Assembly: GCA_963749495.1 (NCBI GenBank)
Contig: CAVVMW010000015.1
Coordinates: 32,001-96,000 of the forward strand
Reading direction: 5' to 3'
Origin: an uncultured bacterium
Lineage (GTDB): Bacteria > Verrucomicrobiota > Verrucomicrobiia > Limisphaerales > UBA8199
DNA: 64,000 nt
Part shown: piece after piece, positions 23,212 to 32,896 of the stretch
How positions within the stretch are numbered: position 1 is the first letter of the stretch
How the letters are laid out: every line of letters begins with the position of its first letter
The notes under the pieces: model-generated
What the model was told of the DNA's origin: nothing
Database searches by the model: none
The model's input: the letters and a program-made list of their open reading frames with translations, nothing else
Program-made: the position numbers and the translations under genes

Positions 23212-23443
23212 CTCACCCTCCAACAATCCAGCACTCCATTAATCCAGCAATGCTTCGGCTTCGACGCCGCCTCCCGTCTCCTGACGGTCAACGACGGGGC
23301 CAACAACACCGCCACGTATTGTTAGCTTGCCAATTCGCCCCTGGTCGGCCAAATTGTCTTTGCGAACAGCGGGACCACGCGGATGACGACGACAAAACAG
23401 TACCGACTACCTGAACCGGCTGACCCAAATCTCGACTGCCGAC
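23212..23443 (+). pseudogene. Internal RHS fragment, paralogous to about 17432-17662, with in-frame TAG
   Basis: Translates LTLQQSSTPLIQQCFGFDAASRLLTVNDGANNTATYC*LANSPLVGQI..., versus LALQQSGNPFVQQSFGFDAASRLL... in the main RHS. Confidence 0.85.
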
Positions 23444-23869
23444 AGAGAAAGCCATAACTTTTGACATTGACAACGAATTTTGCAGGCAAAACGAAGACCA
23501 AAGGACCAAAGTGAGAGGACCCATAAGTGAAAAGTTATGGTTTGACCCGTTTGATTAATCCAGCAATGCTTCGGCTTCGACGCCGCCTCCCGTCTCCTGA
23601 CGGTCAACGACGGGGCCAACAACACCGCCACGTATTGTTAGCTTGCCAATTCGCCCCTGGTCGGCCAAATTGTCTTTGCGAACAGCGGGACCACGCGGAT
23701 GACGACGACAAAACAGTACCGACTACCTGAACCGGCTGACCCAAATCTCGACTGCCGACAGAGAAAGCCATAACTTTTGACATTGACAACGAATTTTGCA
23801 GGCAAAACGAAGACCAAAGGACCAAAGTGAGAGGACCCATAAGTGAAAAGTTATGGTTTGACCCGTTTG
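23238..23869. repeat. Tandem duplication of a 316-bp unit (RHS fragment plus truncated MITE)
   Basis: 23238-23553 repeated at 23554-23869. Confidence 0.9.
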
Positions 23870-23870
23870 A

Positions 23871-25429
23871 AGGCGAATCAATCCCGGCTCGGCCCAGGCG
23901 CGCCCGAAGAAGGAGATGCCGACGGGCAACCCGAAGACCTGGCCCAGGGGAACGGTGATGCTCGGGTAGCCGGCGACAGCGGCAGGGGTTGTGCTGTCGC
24001 CCAGGCCATGGTCGCCGGTGACCCAATCGGTGAGGTGGGCCGGGCCGGAGGTGGGGGCGATGACGGCGTCGAGTTGGTGCTTGTCCATGGCGGCATCGAT
24101 CCCCTCGGTGCGCGCCATGCGGCGGCACGTGGCCAGGGCGTCGAGATAGGCCCGGTCGGTCAACGGTCCCTTGGCCTGGGCCTTGAGAAACTCCTCCTGG
24201 CCGAACCAGAGCAGTTCCTGGGCACTGCAGCGCTGGTTGAAGGCGATGACCTCGTCCAAGGAATGGAGCGGCGCGTTGGGGCCGAGGGCGGCCAGGTAGG
24301 CGCCCAGGCCGGCCTTGAACTCGTAGCTCAACACCTCGGCCTCAGCCTCGTTGAGTTTGTCCGCCTTGGGAATGGAGACCGGGTCGATCACCTCGGCCCC
24401 GGCGCGTCTCATTTGCGCCAGGGCCGACTCCATCAGGGCGTCCACGGCGCGATGGAAACCGAAGAAGGCGCGGGCGATGCCGAGACGGGCGCCGCGCAGG
24501 CCCCCGGGGTCCAGACCGGCGCAGAAATCGGCGGGGGCCTTCTCTGAGGCGGGGGCGGTGGCGGGGTCGCGCGGGTCGGGGCCGGCGATGACCGAGAGCA
24601 GGAGGGCGGCATCCGCGACTGTGCGTGCCATGGGACCGGCGGTATCCTGGCTGTGGGCGATCGGGATGATCCCGGGCCGGCTGACCAGGCCGACGGTGGG
24701 TTTGATGCCGACGATGCCATTGTAGGAAGACGGCGAGAGGATGGAACCGTCGGTCTCGGTGCCGATGGCGGCGGCGCAAAGATTGGCGGCAACGGCGACG
24801 GCGGAGCCGGAACTGGAGCCGGAGGGATTGCGGTCCAGGGCGTAGGGGTTGCGCGTCTGGCCGCCGCGCCCGCTCCAACCGCTGGTCGAGAGCGAGCCGC
24901 GGAAGTTGGCCCACTCGCTGAGGTTGGTCTTTCCGAGGATAAGCGCCCCGGCGGCGCGGAGCCTCTCGACCAGCCAGGCGTCGCGCGCCGGAATCGAGCC
25001 CGCCAGGGCGAGCGAGCCGGCGGTGGTGCTCATGCGGTCGTGGGTATCGATGTTGTCCTTTATGAGGATGGGGATGCCGTGGAGCGGGCCGCGCGGGTCT
25101 TTGGCTTTGCGTTCACGATCCAGCTCGGCCGCAATGGCCAGGGCGTCGGGGTTCAATTCTATGACGGCGTTCAGGGCGGGGCCGCGGCGGTCGATTTGCT
25201 CGATCCGGGGGAGGTACTTTCGGGCCAGCGAGCAGGCCGACTCAGTCCCGGCAGCCATGCGCGCATTGAGTTGGGCGATAGTGATCTCATCCAGTCCGAA
25301 CGGTTTCACGGGCCGAGCGTGCCGGCCCGGAGCCGCGGGCCGCTTGTCATGATTGCGGGCCAGCGCACGGCCCGAGGCCGCCGCAACGCCGCCCAGGGCG
25401 GTCAGACGCAGAAAACTTCGCCGGTTCAT
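23871..25429 (-). pseudogene. Amidase copy 2, lacking its last about 27 codons; frame reads on into the MITE to a stop at 23723
   Basis: Near-identical to 7481-9038; homology stops exactly at the MITE end. Confidence 0.85.
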
Positions 25430-25621
25430 GGTCGGTGCCTTGGCCGGGAGCATAACCCAAACCAGGGCAGGGGAGAAGCGGGAAGTTGGCCGGCGGCGCT
25501 GTCGGGGCGTATCCCACCGCTCCCGTAGCGCAGACTTCCAAGTCTGCTGTATCGCGGGTTTCCTAACCCGCAGGCGCCGCGATTTCCGACGCCCTGCCGA
25601 TTGGAAATCGGCGATACAGCA

Positions 25622-26982
25622 GAGCCTTTTGCAAAAGTCGGAAAGTTGCAGGATTCTTGAATAATCTGGTCGGCAGATGGATCAAACCACGCATATGCCT
25701 GACCTGCCTGACCTGTGGCAACACCTCCAACGCCAACTTTTCCCGGTTTTGACCGAGGAACTCGGGTCCTTGGGGGCCAAGGACCAGCAATTCGTCGAGG
25801 TAATTTCGCTGCTGCCTTTGGGACGTTTTCTGCTTCGTTACGAGGGATGTGGGCAGGGGCGACCTCCCCATGAGCGGGTCTGGGTGCTGCACGCCTTTAT
25901 CGCCAAAGCCGTTTATGGATTTGCCACGACCGAAGCATTGATCGATGCCTTGAACGCTCGCCCCACGCTGCGGCGGCTCTGCGGCTGGGAAAGCTTGGGC
26001 CAGTTGCCGGAGCGCTCGACTTTCTCGCGGGCCTTTAGCGTGTTTGCCGCCGACGAATTGCCGCAGCAAATCCACGCGGCGTTGGTGGAGATACACTGTC
26101 GGCCCAAGCTGGTGGGGCACATCAGCCGGGACAGCACGGCCATTAGTGTGCCGGAGCGCAAGGCGACCAAGCCGGAGATGGTCGCTCCGCCCCCTGGCAA
26201 GGCCGGCCGGCCCAAGAAAGGTGAGGTGCGCCCGCCTCGTACGAAGCTGGAGATCCAGATGGCCCGCTCGCTGGAGCAGAACCTGGCCGACCTGCCGCGG
26301 GGATGCGATATAGGGTGTAAGACCGATGCCAAGGGTTACAAGACCTGGTGGCGAGGCTACAAACTGCACCTGGACGTGATTGACGGGGATATTCCCATCG
26401 GTGCGGTGCTGACCAGTGCCAGCCTGCATGATAGTCAGGTCGCTATTCCCCTGGCGCAGCAGAGCGCCCAACGGGTTCAGGCGCTCTATGAACTGATGGA
26501 CTCGGCCTACGACGCGCACTTCATCAAGGACTTTTGTCGGGGCTTGGGACACGTGCCAATTATTGATCCCAAGGAACGGGAGGGCTTCGTGCCGCTGGAT
26601 CCGGCGGAGCGCCAACGCTATAAGCAGCGCACTGCCAGCGAGCGAGTTAACGGCCGGCTCAAAGAGGAGTTTGGGGCCCGGACGGTGCATGTGCGAGGAG
26701 CCGCCAAGGTCATGTGCCATTTGATGTTCGGAGTCTTGGCGGTCGCCACCTTGGGCATCTGGGCTCGCTTGTGTTGACATCCCCACTTTCCATGCCAATG
26801 GCCCGCGCTCCACCAGGGGCGTGATGGGAGGCGTATCGCCTGAGAACCCCTGCCTGCCGGCTTGCGGGCCGTTTTCGTTCCAAGCGGGGCGCCAAGCCAG
26901 TTCAATGAATAGACACCTGCCTTCCCAACGTCCAACCCTGGATCAACTTTGTCTCCTTCCTCTTTCGTTTTGCAAAAGGCTC
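25622..26982 (+). mobile_element. IS element copy 1 (1361 bp), 15-bp IR GAGCCTTTTGCAAAA, 4-bp target duplication AGCA
   Basis: IRs at both ends; AGCA at 25618-25621 and 26983-26986. Confidence 0.92.
25677..26777 (+). CDS. DDE transposase (IS5/IS1182-like)
   Basis: ISRDSTAI, WRGYKLHL, ASLHDS, LMDSAYD, RTASERVNGRLK. Confidence 0.88.
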   Translation: MDQTTHMPDLPDLWQHLQRQLFPVLTEELGSLGAKDQQFVEVISLLPLGRFLLRYEGCGQGRPPHERVWVLHAFIAKAVYGFATTEALIDALNARPTLRRLCGWESLGQLPERSTFSRAFSVFAADELPQQIHAALVEIHCRPKLVGHISRDSTAISVPERKATKPEMVAPPPGKAGRPKKGEVRPPRTKLEIQMARSLEQNLADLPRGCDIGCKTDAKGYKTWWRGYKLHLDVIDGDIPIGAVLTSASLHDSQVAIPLAQQSAQRVQALYELMDSAYDAHFIKDFCRGLGHVPIIDPKEREGFVPLDPAERQRYKQRTASERVNGRLKEEFGARTVHVRGAAKVMCHLMFGVLAVATLGIWARLC

Positions 26983-26986
26983 AGCA

Positions 26987-28346
26987 GAGCCTTTTGCAAA
27001 AGTCGGAAAGTTGCAGGATTCTTGAATAATCTGGTCGGCAGATGGATCAAACCACGCATATGCCTGACCTGCCTGACCTGTGGCAACACCTCCAACGCCA
27101 ACTTTTCCCGGTTTTGACCGAGGAACTCGGGTCCTTGGGGGCCAAGGACCAGCAATTCGTCGAGGTAATTTCGCTGCTGCCTTTGGGACGTTTTCTGCTT
27201 CGTTACGAGGGATGTGGGCAGGGGCGACCTCCCCATGAGCGGGTCTGGGTGCTGCACGCCTTTATCGCCAAAGCCGTTTATGGATTTGCCACGACCGAAG
27301 CATTGATCGATGCCTTGAACGCTCGCCCCACGCTGCGGCGGCTCTGCGGCTGGGAAAGCTTGGGCCAGTTGCCGGAGCGCTCGACTTTCTCGCGGGCCTT
27401 TAGCGTGTTTGCCGCCGACAAATTGCCGCAGCAAATCCACGCGGCGTTGGTGGAGATACACTGTCGGCCCAAGCTGGTGGGGCACATCAGCCGGGACAGC
27501 ACGGCCATTAGTGTGCCGGAGCGCAAGGCGACCAAGCCGGAGATGGTCGCTCCGCCCCCTGGCAAGGCCGGCGGCCGAAGAAAGGTGAGGTGCGCCCGCC
27601 TGGTACGAAGCTGGAGATCCAGATGGCCCGCTCGCTGGAGCAGAACCTGGCCGACCTGCCGCGGGGATGCGATATAGGGTGTAAGACCGATGCCAAGGGT
27701 TACAAGACCTGGTGGCGAGGCTACAAACTGCACCTGGACGTGATTGACGGGGATATTCCCATCGGTGCGGTGCTGACCAGTGCCAGCCTGCATGATAGTC
27801 AGGTCGCTATTCCCCTGGCGCAGCAGAGCGCCCAACGGGTTCAGGCGCTCTATGAACTGATGGACTCGGCCTACGACGCGCACTTCATCAAGGACTTTTG
27901 TCGGGGCTTGGGACACGTGCCAATTATTGATCCCAAGGAACGGGAGGGCTTCGTGCCGCTGGATCCGGCGGAGCGCCAACGCTATAAGCAGCGCACTGCC
28001 AGCGAGCGAGTTAACGGCCGGCTCAAAGAGGAGTTTGGGGCCCGGACGGTGCATGTGCGAGGAGCCGCCAAGGTCATGTGCCATTTGATGTTCGGAGTCT
28101 TGGCGGTCGCCACCTTGGGCATCTGGGCTCGCTTGTGTTGACATCCCCACTTTCCATGCCAATGGCCCGCGCTCCACCAGGGGCGTGATGGGAGGCGTAT
28201 CGCCTGAGAACCCCTGCCTGCCGGCTTGCGGGCCGTTTTCGTTCCAAGCGGGGCGCCAAGCCAGTTCAATGAATAGACACCTGCCTTCCCAACGTCCAAC
28301 CCTGGATCAACTTTGTCTCCTTCCTCTTTCGTTTTGCAAAAGGCTC
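26987..28346 (+). mobile_element. IS element copy 2 (1360 bp), head-to-tail with copy 1; transposase 27042-28141 frameshifted near 27573
   Basis: Same IRs, followed by AGCA at 28347-28350; a 1-bp deletion and a few substitutions relative to copy 1. Confidence 0.92.
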
Positions 28347-28390
28347 AGCAGGTTTGGAAACCTGCGCTACGACTTTGTCAACGGCCCTCC

Positions 28391-29479
28391 TCACCTCTGT
28401 ATCCGAGCAGACCCGCCTTTGGCCAGGGCGCGGACCTGCTCGAGCGTGGCCATGGTGGTGTCGCCGGGAAAAGTGGTGAGCAGGGCGCCGTGGGCCCAGC
28501 CGAGCCTGACTGCCTCGTCCCCGGGTTCTCCTGCCAGCAGGCCGTAAAAGAGGCCGGCGGCAAAGCCATCGCCCCCGCCCACGCGGTCCAGGACATCCAG
28601 TTCGCAAGTAGGAGCCAGGCATGTGCGGCCGTTAATCCAGGCGACGGCGCTCCAACTGTGGCGGTTGGTGGAATGGACCTCGCGCAGCGTGGTGGCCACG
28701 ACCTTGATCTGAGGGTGCTTGCGGGTGACATGGTCGATCATGCTCGTGAACGCGCTCGGGTCGAGTTTGGACCTGGCCGCCACAGTTGGGCCTGGAATCC
28801 CCAGTCCGAGCTGAAGGTCTTCCTCGTTGCCGACGAGCACGTCGACGTTCCTGACGATCCGGTCCAGGACGGCCACGGCGCGGTCGTGGCCGCCGCAGAT
28901 GTTCCATAGCTTGGGGCGGTAGTTAAGGTCGAAGGAAACGACCGCGCCGGCCCCTTTGGCGGCCTGCATGGCCTCGACAATGACCTCGGAGGTAGTGGCG
29001 GAGAGGGCCGCAAAGATGCCGCCGCTGTGGAACCATCGGATGCCCTGGGCGAAGATGCCGGCCCAGTTGAAATCGCCCGGCTGGAGCCGGGCAGCCGCTT
29101 CGTTGCAGCGATTGTAGAACACCACGGGGGCGCGCACCCCGTGGCCCCGGTCGCTATAGACCGTTGCCATGTTCGGCCCCTGCACGCCGTCGTGCTTGAA
29201 ATGCTTGTAGAAGGGCCTTACGCCCATGGCCCGGACACGCTCGGCTATCAGGTCGCCGATCGGATAGTCCACCATCGCGGTGGCGATGCCGGTGCACAGG
29301 CCGAAACAGTCTGCCAGGTTGGCGGCAACGTTGAACTCGCCGCCGCTGACATGGATCTGGCACTGGGTGGCCTTACGAAAGGGGATGACTCCCGGATCCA
29401 GACGATGGACGAGGGCGCCCAAGGACAGGAGATCCAGGACGCCGCTTTGCGGGATGTTCAGACCGTGGTTGGGTGTCAT
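28391..29479 (-). CDS. PfkB-family sugar kinase (2-keto-3-deoxygluconate kinase-like)
   Basis: GGEFNVA, WFHSGGIFAAL, SFDLNYRPKLW, GNEED, DRVGGGDGFAAG. Confidence 0.9.
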   Translation of the reverse strand: MTPNHGLNIPQSGVLDLLSLGALVHRLDPGVIPFRKATQCQIHVSGGEFNVAANLADCFGLCTGIATAMVDYPIGDLIAERVRAMGVRPFYKHFKHDGVQGPNMATVYSDRGHGVRAPVVFYNRCNEAAARLQPGDFNWAGIFAQGIRWFHSGGIFAALSATTSEVIVEAMQAAKGAGAVVSFDLNYRPKLWNICGGHDRAVAVLDRIVRNVDVLVGNEEDLQLGLGIPGPTVAARSKLDPSAFTSMIDHVTRKHPQIKVVATTLREVHSTNRHSWSAVAWINGRTCLAPTCELDVLDRVGGGDGFAAGLFYGLLAGEPGDEAVRLGWAHGALLTTFPGDTTMATLEQVRALAKGGSARIQR

Positions 29480-29561
29480 GGTTGGAAGGGAGTGGAGTTA
29501 ATTGGAAGAAAATGCGACTTGGAGATGGTCAGTGTTGGCGATGAAACTCGGCTTGGTCCAC

Positions 29562-30291
29562 CTATTTGGCGCCGGCCGGGGCCGCTTCGCCCGTCCGTCC
29601 GATGAGCAAGGCGCAATTCCAGGCCAGGAATTCACGCAGGACCGGCAGGCGCAGCACGAACGGGAATTCCGGGTAATAGCGGGGCGCAGCGCGCAAGAGC
29701 CGCAGCCCAGGGATCGTGCGGATCTTGCGCAGCGTTTCTCCGATGTAAGTCGGGAAGAGGTTGACGTAAGGGGTGTGCTTGCGCGGGCGTTTGGCGAGCC
29801 GGTCATAAACCAGGTGCCCGCGATGCGGACCCAGATAGTGGAACGGCGAGAACTCGTGCCCGCCCCACACCGAGAGCCAGTTGGTCCAACTCAGGTAGAG
29901 CTTGCCCTCCGGCTTGAGCAGCCGGCCGATGTTCTGGAGGAACTGGTCGGGCCGGGCCAGGTGCTCGAAGACGTTCGAGCAGATGACCAGGTCGTAGCTT
30001 CCCAATCCCGCCAAGTCATCTTTGTCGATGTTGAAAGCCCGGAACGGGGCGCCGGCCAGCTCGGGCATGAGGAAGTTCTGTTCATCGGCGAAGGTAACCC
30101 GGCATCCGCGTTTGGCCAGCGCCGCCCCAAAGATGCCGTGCCCGCAACCCAGGTCCAGCGCGCTCGTCCCCGGCCCCAGCGCCACACCCCACCGCTCCAG
30201 CCACTCTACCGCATCCTCAGCCTGGAACCCGTAAAACCCAGGATCGTCCCGATGCCTCAGGGTACTGAAGTATCAAACGGTGTATGATCAT
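29562..30291 (-). CDS. Class I SAM-dependent methyltransferase; +1 frameshift near 30261
   Basis: LDLGCGHG, YDLVICSNVFEHL, LKPEG; repaired N-terminus MIIHRLILQY/LRHRDDPGFY. Confidence 0.8.
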
Positions 30292-30363
30292 AGCGGGCGA
30301 CCCGCCCGCCCAGAGCCTACGCGAGAGCCCCGGCAATTACAACCTCCCGTGGTGTTCCTCACC

Positions 30364-30476
30364 GAGCGCATCCGGACACCGCCCCTGGAACGCCGCATTT
30401 ATGCGGCAGCGGCCTGGAAGCTCGAGGAGCCTGCCGGCTGAAGCCGGCGTTCCGGGGGCAGGGTGTGGATGCGCTC
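30364..30476. mobile_element. MITE-like element: IR GAGCGCATCC/GGATGCGCTC enclosing a REP-like pair
   Basis: Perfect 10-bp terminal IR; inner GGAACGCCGC...GCCGGCGTTCC hairpins. Confidence 0.6.
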
Positions 30477-30855
30477 TTCCTCACCTGCCGGTGAGGCGTG
30501 CTTTCCCGCCCGGCTTTGGGAGCCCGGACGAGCCGGTGGAAAGCCCGCCTCACCCGGCAGGCTCAGAAGCCCGTCCTCCAGGGACAGGCATTTGCAGTGT
30601 GTTATCGGTTCTACGCGTCTTCTGTTCAGGGAAGAGGTCTCACAGGACCGGCCGTCCCGATAAGATCACGTCCCGACAGTCATTTAGCACTCTTTGTGCC
30701 AGGGGCATGTCTAAAATCCTAAGTGACTGTAAATGAGCGTCTTGTGAGTTTTCACCCGCTGCCCGGGACAACACGGATCTGGCAACTTATCCAACGGCAC
30801 ATTGCGTTCAAGCCGCCATGATTTATCACAACTACTTACCAATCAATAACTTACA

Positions 30856-31110
30856 TCACCACTTCGCCTTGTCGGTTTTCCTTACGCAAAAACCGATTGA
30901 CTGCCTTCCTCGCGCAATCGCTGCTCCACGCCGTAAGTGGTGCGACTCCGCCTTGGATTTGGTCAGACAGCCGAACCTGGCAAAGGCGACCGAGTAGGCC
31001 AGGAAGCCGGCGATGAGCAGCCACGGATTGCCCTTGGCGGTCAGCAGGATGCCCCAGCCCAGGATGAGCCCGATCATCAGGTAGGCCGCAATGACCAAGA
31101 CGAATTTCAT
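30856..31110 (-). CDS. Small membrane protein (two TM helices)
   Basis: MKFVLVIAAYLMIGLILGWGILL...PWLLIAGFLAYSVAFARFGC. Confidence 0.6.
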   Translation of the reverse strand: MKFVLVIAAYLMIGLILGWGILLTAKGNPWLLIAGFLAYSVAFARFGCLTKSKAESHHLRRGAAIARGRQSIGFCVRKTDKAKW

Positions 31111-31180
31111 GGCTGGAACCTAATTCATGTTCCCGTCCGCGCAAGTCCGAGCCTTCCATGAACGGGCGCCAAGTCCGCAG

Positions 31181-31260
31181 GTTTTGGACTGCGCCAGTCC
31201 TCTGGCGCTTTCGCGTTCCCAGGGGCCAAAAAGCGCCAGAGGACTGGCGCAGTCCAAAAC
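31181..31260. repeat. REPIN-like family GTTTTGGACTGCGSCAGTCCTCTG...; other copies at 35223-35302, 45094-45172, 51801-51885
   Basis: 31-bp inverted arms, each with an internal hairpin GGACTG-CGS-CAGTCC; four copies in the window. Confidence 0.92.
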
Positions 31261-31312
31261 GCTTCGCGCGGCAGGGAACACCCATCCGGTTCATGGTCCC
31301 AGTGCGCAATGC

Positions 31313-32896
31313 TCAAAATCGAGGAGGCTCGCCACGCTCCAGGCGCTTGCCTGCCAGGTGGCGGTTCTGGCGTTTGGGGATTGCGGGCTGGCGCGAACGC
31401 GGCGCAAGGCGCGGCGTGCCGGCGGGCAGGCAGTCTTTGAGAAACCCGGGTTTGTCGTGGCGGCCGCCGCGCTGGTAATCGCGCCACATTGCCTGGGCGA
31501 CTGTTCCGGGGTCCAGGCCCAGTTGGCCGGTGAGATACTCGAAGAGCAGCGCCATCAGGCGCGCCAGTGCAATGCCGTCGGTGCGGCCCACGCGCGCGTG
31601 CAGCCATTGGGTCCAGCGCATGAAGCCCTCGAACGGGGAAGGCGGCGCCGCCCCCGGGCGGCCCCCGCTCCAGATGAGGGGCGTGGTCTCGAGGAAATTG
31701 CCGCTGTTGCCGACCAGGTCCCAATAGCGGGCGAAGCGGCGCAGCTTCTGGAGCGTGAGGAAATCGAGGTGTCGATTTTGCAGAATCTCATAGGGCGGGT
31801 GCGGGTTATAGACCATCTCCCACTGGTCGTCGTGGCGCACGATGGGCGTCCCGCGCAGCCGCTTGAGGATGCCGACCTGGATCTCCTGCGGCCCCAGAGC
31901 CACCAGGCGATCGAACCCGGAGGCGAAACTCTCGAGGGTCTCGCCCGGCAAACCGGCGATGAGGTCCGCGTGCAGATGTACGCCGGTGTGCCGGCGCAGG
32001 AACTGGAAATTCTCCTCCAGCCGCTGATAATTCTGGCGGCGTTTGATCCGGTCGCCGACATCCGGGTTGAAGGTCTGGATGCCCACCTCGAACTGGAGCG
32101 CGCCAGGCGGGAACCGCGTGATGACCTGGCGCAGGGCTTGCGGCAGCCGGTCGGGGACCATCTCGAAATGGAAGAACCGCCCCGGCTCGTGGCGTTGGAG
32201 GAGGAACTCCAGGAGCCGGCGGGCGGCCGGGACGTTGAGATTGAAGGTGCGGTCCACGAACTTGAACTGGCGAACGCCGCGATCCAGCAGGCGCGCCAAG
32301 TGCTCGAGCAGGACCGGCAGTGGCGCCTGCCGCACCGGGATGTCGAGCGAGGAGAGGCAAAACTCGCACGTGAACGGGCAGCCGCGCGAGGCCTCGACAT
32401 AAATGATCCGGTGCGCCACGTCCCGGGCATCGTAATAATCATAGGGCAGCGCCAGCCGGGACAAATCGGGAGGCTCCGCCGCGATGACCTTGCCCGGCGG
32501 ATGCTCTCCGGCGAGCAACTGCCCGCAGACCTCGGCGAACTTGAGGTCCGCCTCGCCGGTGATGACGTGGTCCGCCAAGCTCACGATGGCCTGGTCTTCC
32601 ACCTCGTAGCTCACCTCAGGCCCGCCCAGGACCACGATGAGGTCCGGCCGCACCCGCTTGAGCGCGGCCACCAGCTCGGTGGCGGGCGCCACGTTCCAGA
32701 TATAGACGCCCAGCCCCACAAGCCGGGGCTCCAGCGCCAGCAATTGCTCGGCAATGTCCACCGGCCGCTGGTTGATGTCGAACTCCGCAATCGCCGCCCT
32801 CTCCCGCAACGGCCCGAGGTTGGCCAGCAGGTAGCGCAGCCCCAACGCCGCATGGATGTACTTCGCGTTGAGCGTGCTCAGGACAATGTCAGCCAT
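31313..32896 (-). CDS. B12-binding domain radical SAM protein (DUF4080-type)
   Basis: [55 protein letters not shown] overlaps the upstream TGA. Confidence 0.9.
   Translation of the reverse strand: MADIVLSTLNAKYIHAALGLRYLLANLGPLRERAAIAEFDINQRPVDIAEQLLALEPRLVGLGVYIWNVAPATELVAALKRVRPDLIVVLGGPEVSYEVEDQAIVSLADHVITGEADLKFAEVCGQLLAGEHPPGKVIAAEPPDLSRLALPYDYYDARDVAHRIIYVEASRGCPFTCEFCLSSLDIPVRQAPLPVLLEHLARLLDRGVRQFKFVDRTFNLNVPAARRLLEFLLQRHEPGRFFHFEMVPDRLPQALRQVITRFPPGALQFEVGIQTFNPDVGDRIKRRQNYQRLEENFQFLRRHTGVHLHADLIAGLPGETLESFASGFDRLVALGPQEIQVGILKRLRGTPIVRHDDQWEMVYNPHPPYEILQNRHLDFLTLQKLRRFARYWDLVGNSGNFLETTPLIWSGGRPGAAPPSPFEGFMRWTQWLHARVGRTDGIALARLMALLFEYLTGQLGLDPGTVAQAMWRDYQRGGRHDKPGFLKDCLPAGTPRLAPRSRQPAIPKRQNRHLAGKRLERGEPPRF

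Larger units (their letters stand above)
25525..28370. repeat. REPIN-like element (GTAGCGCAG...CTGCGCTAC) split by the IS tandem
   Basis: Left part 25525-25621 and right part 28351-28370 rejoin into a palindromic element when the IS copies are removed. Confidence 0.8.

Noticed and set aside
23212..23760. RHS fragment as a DGR template repeat for 17432-17662
   Set aside because: Differences are not confined to adenines and there is no reverse transcriptase in the window
23051..23869. Three repeated units resembling a CRISPR array
   Set aside because: Units are over 100 bp, the spacers are identical RHS fragments and there are no cas genes; this is a MITE plus tandem duplication
30684..30710. 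CIRCE (HrcA) element
   Set aside because: Only the TTAGCACTC half is present; no GAGTGCTAA after 9 nt
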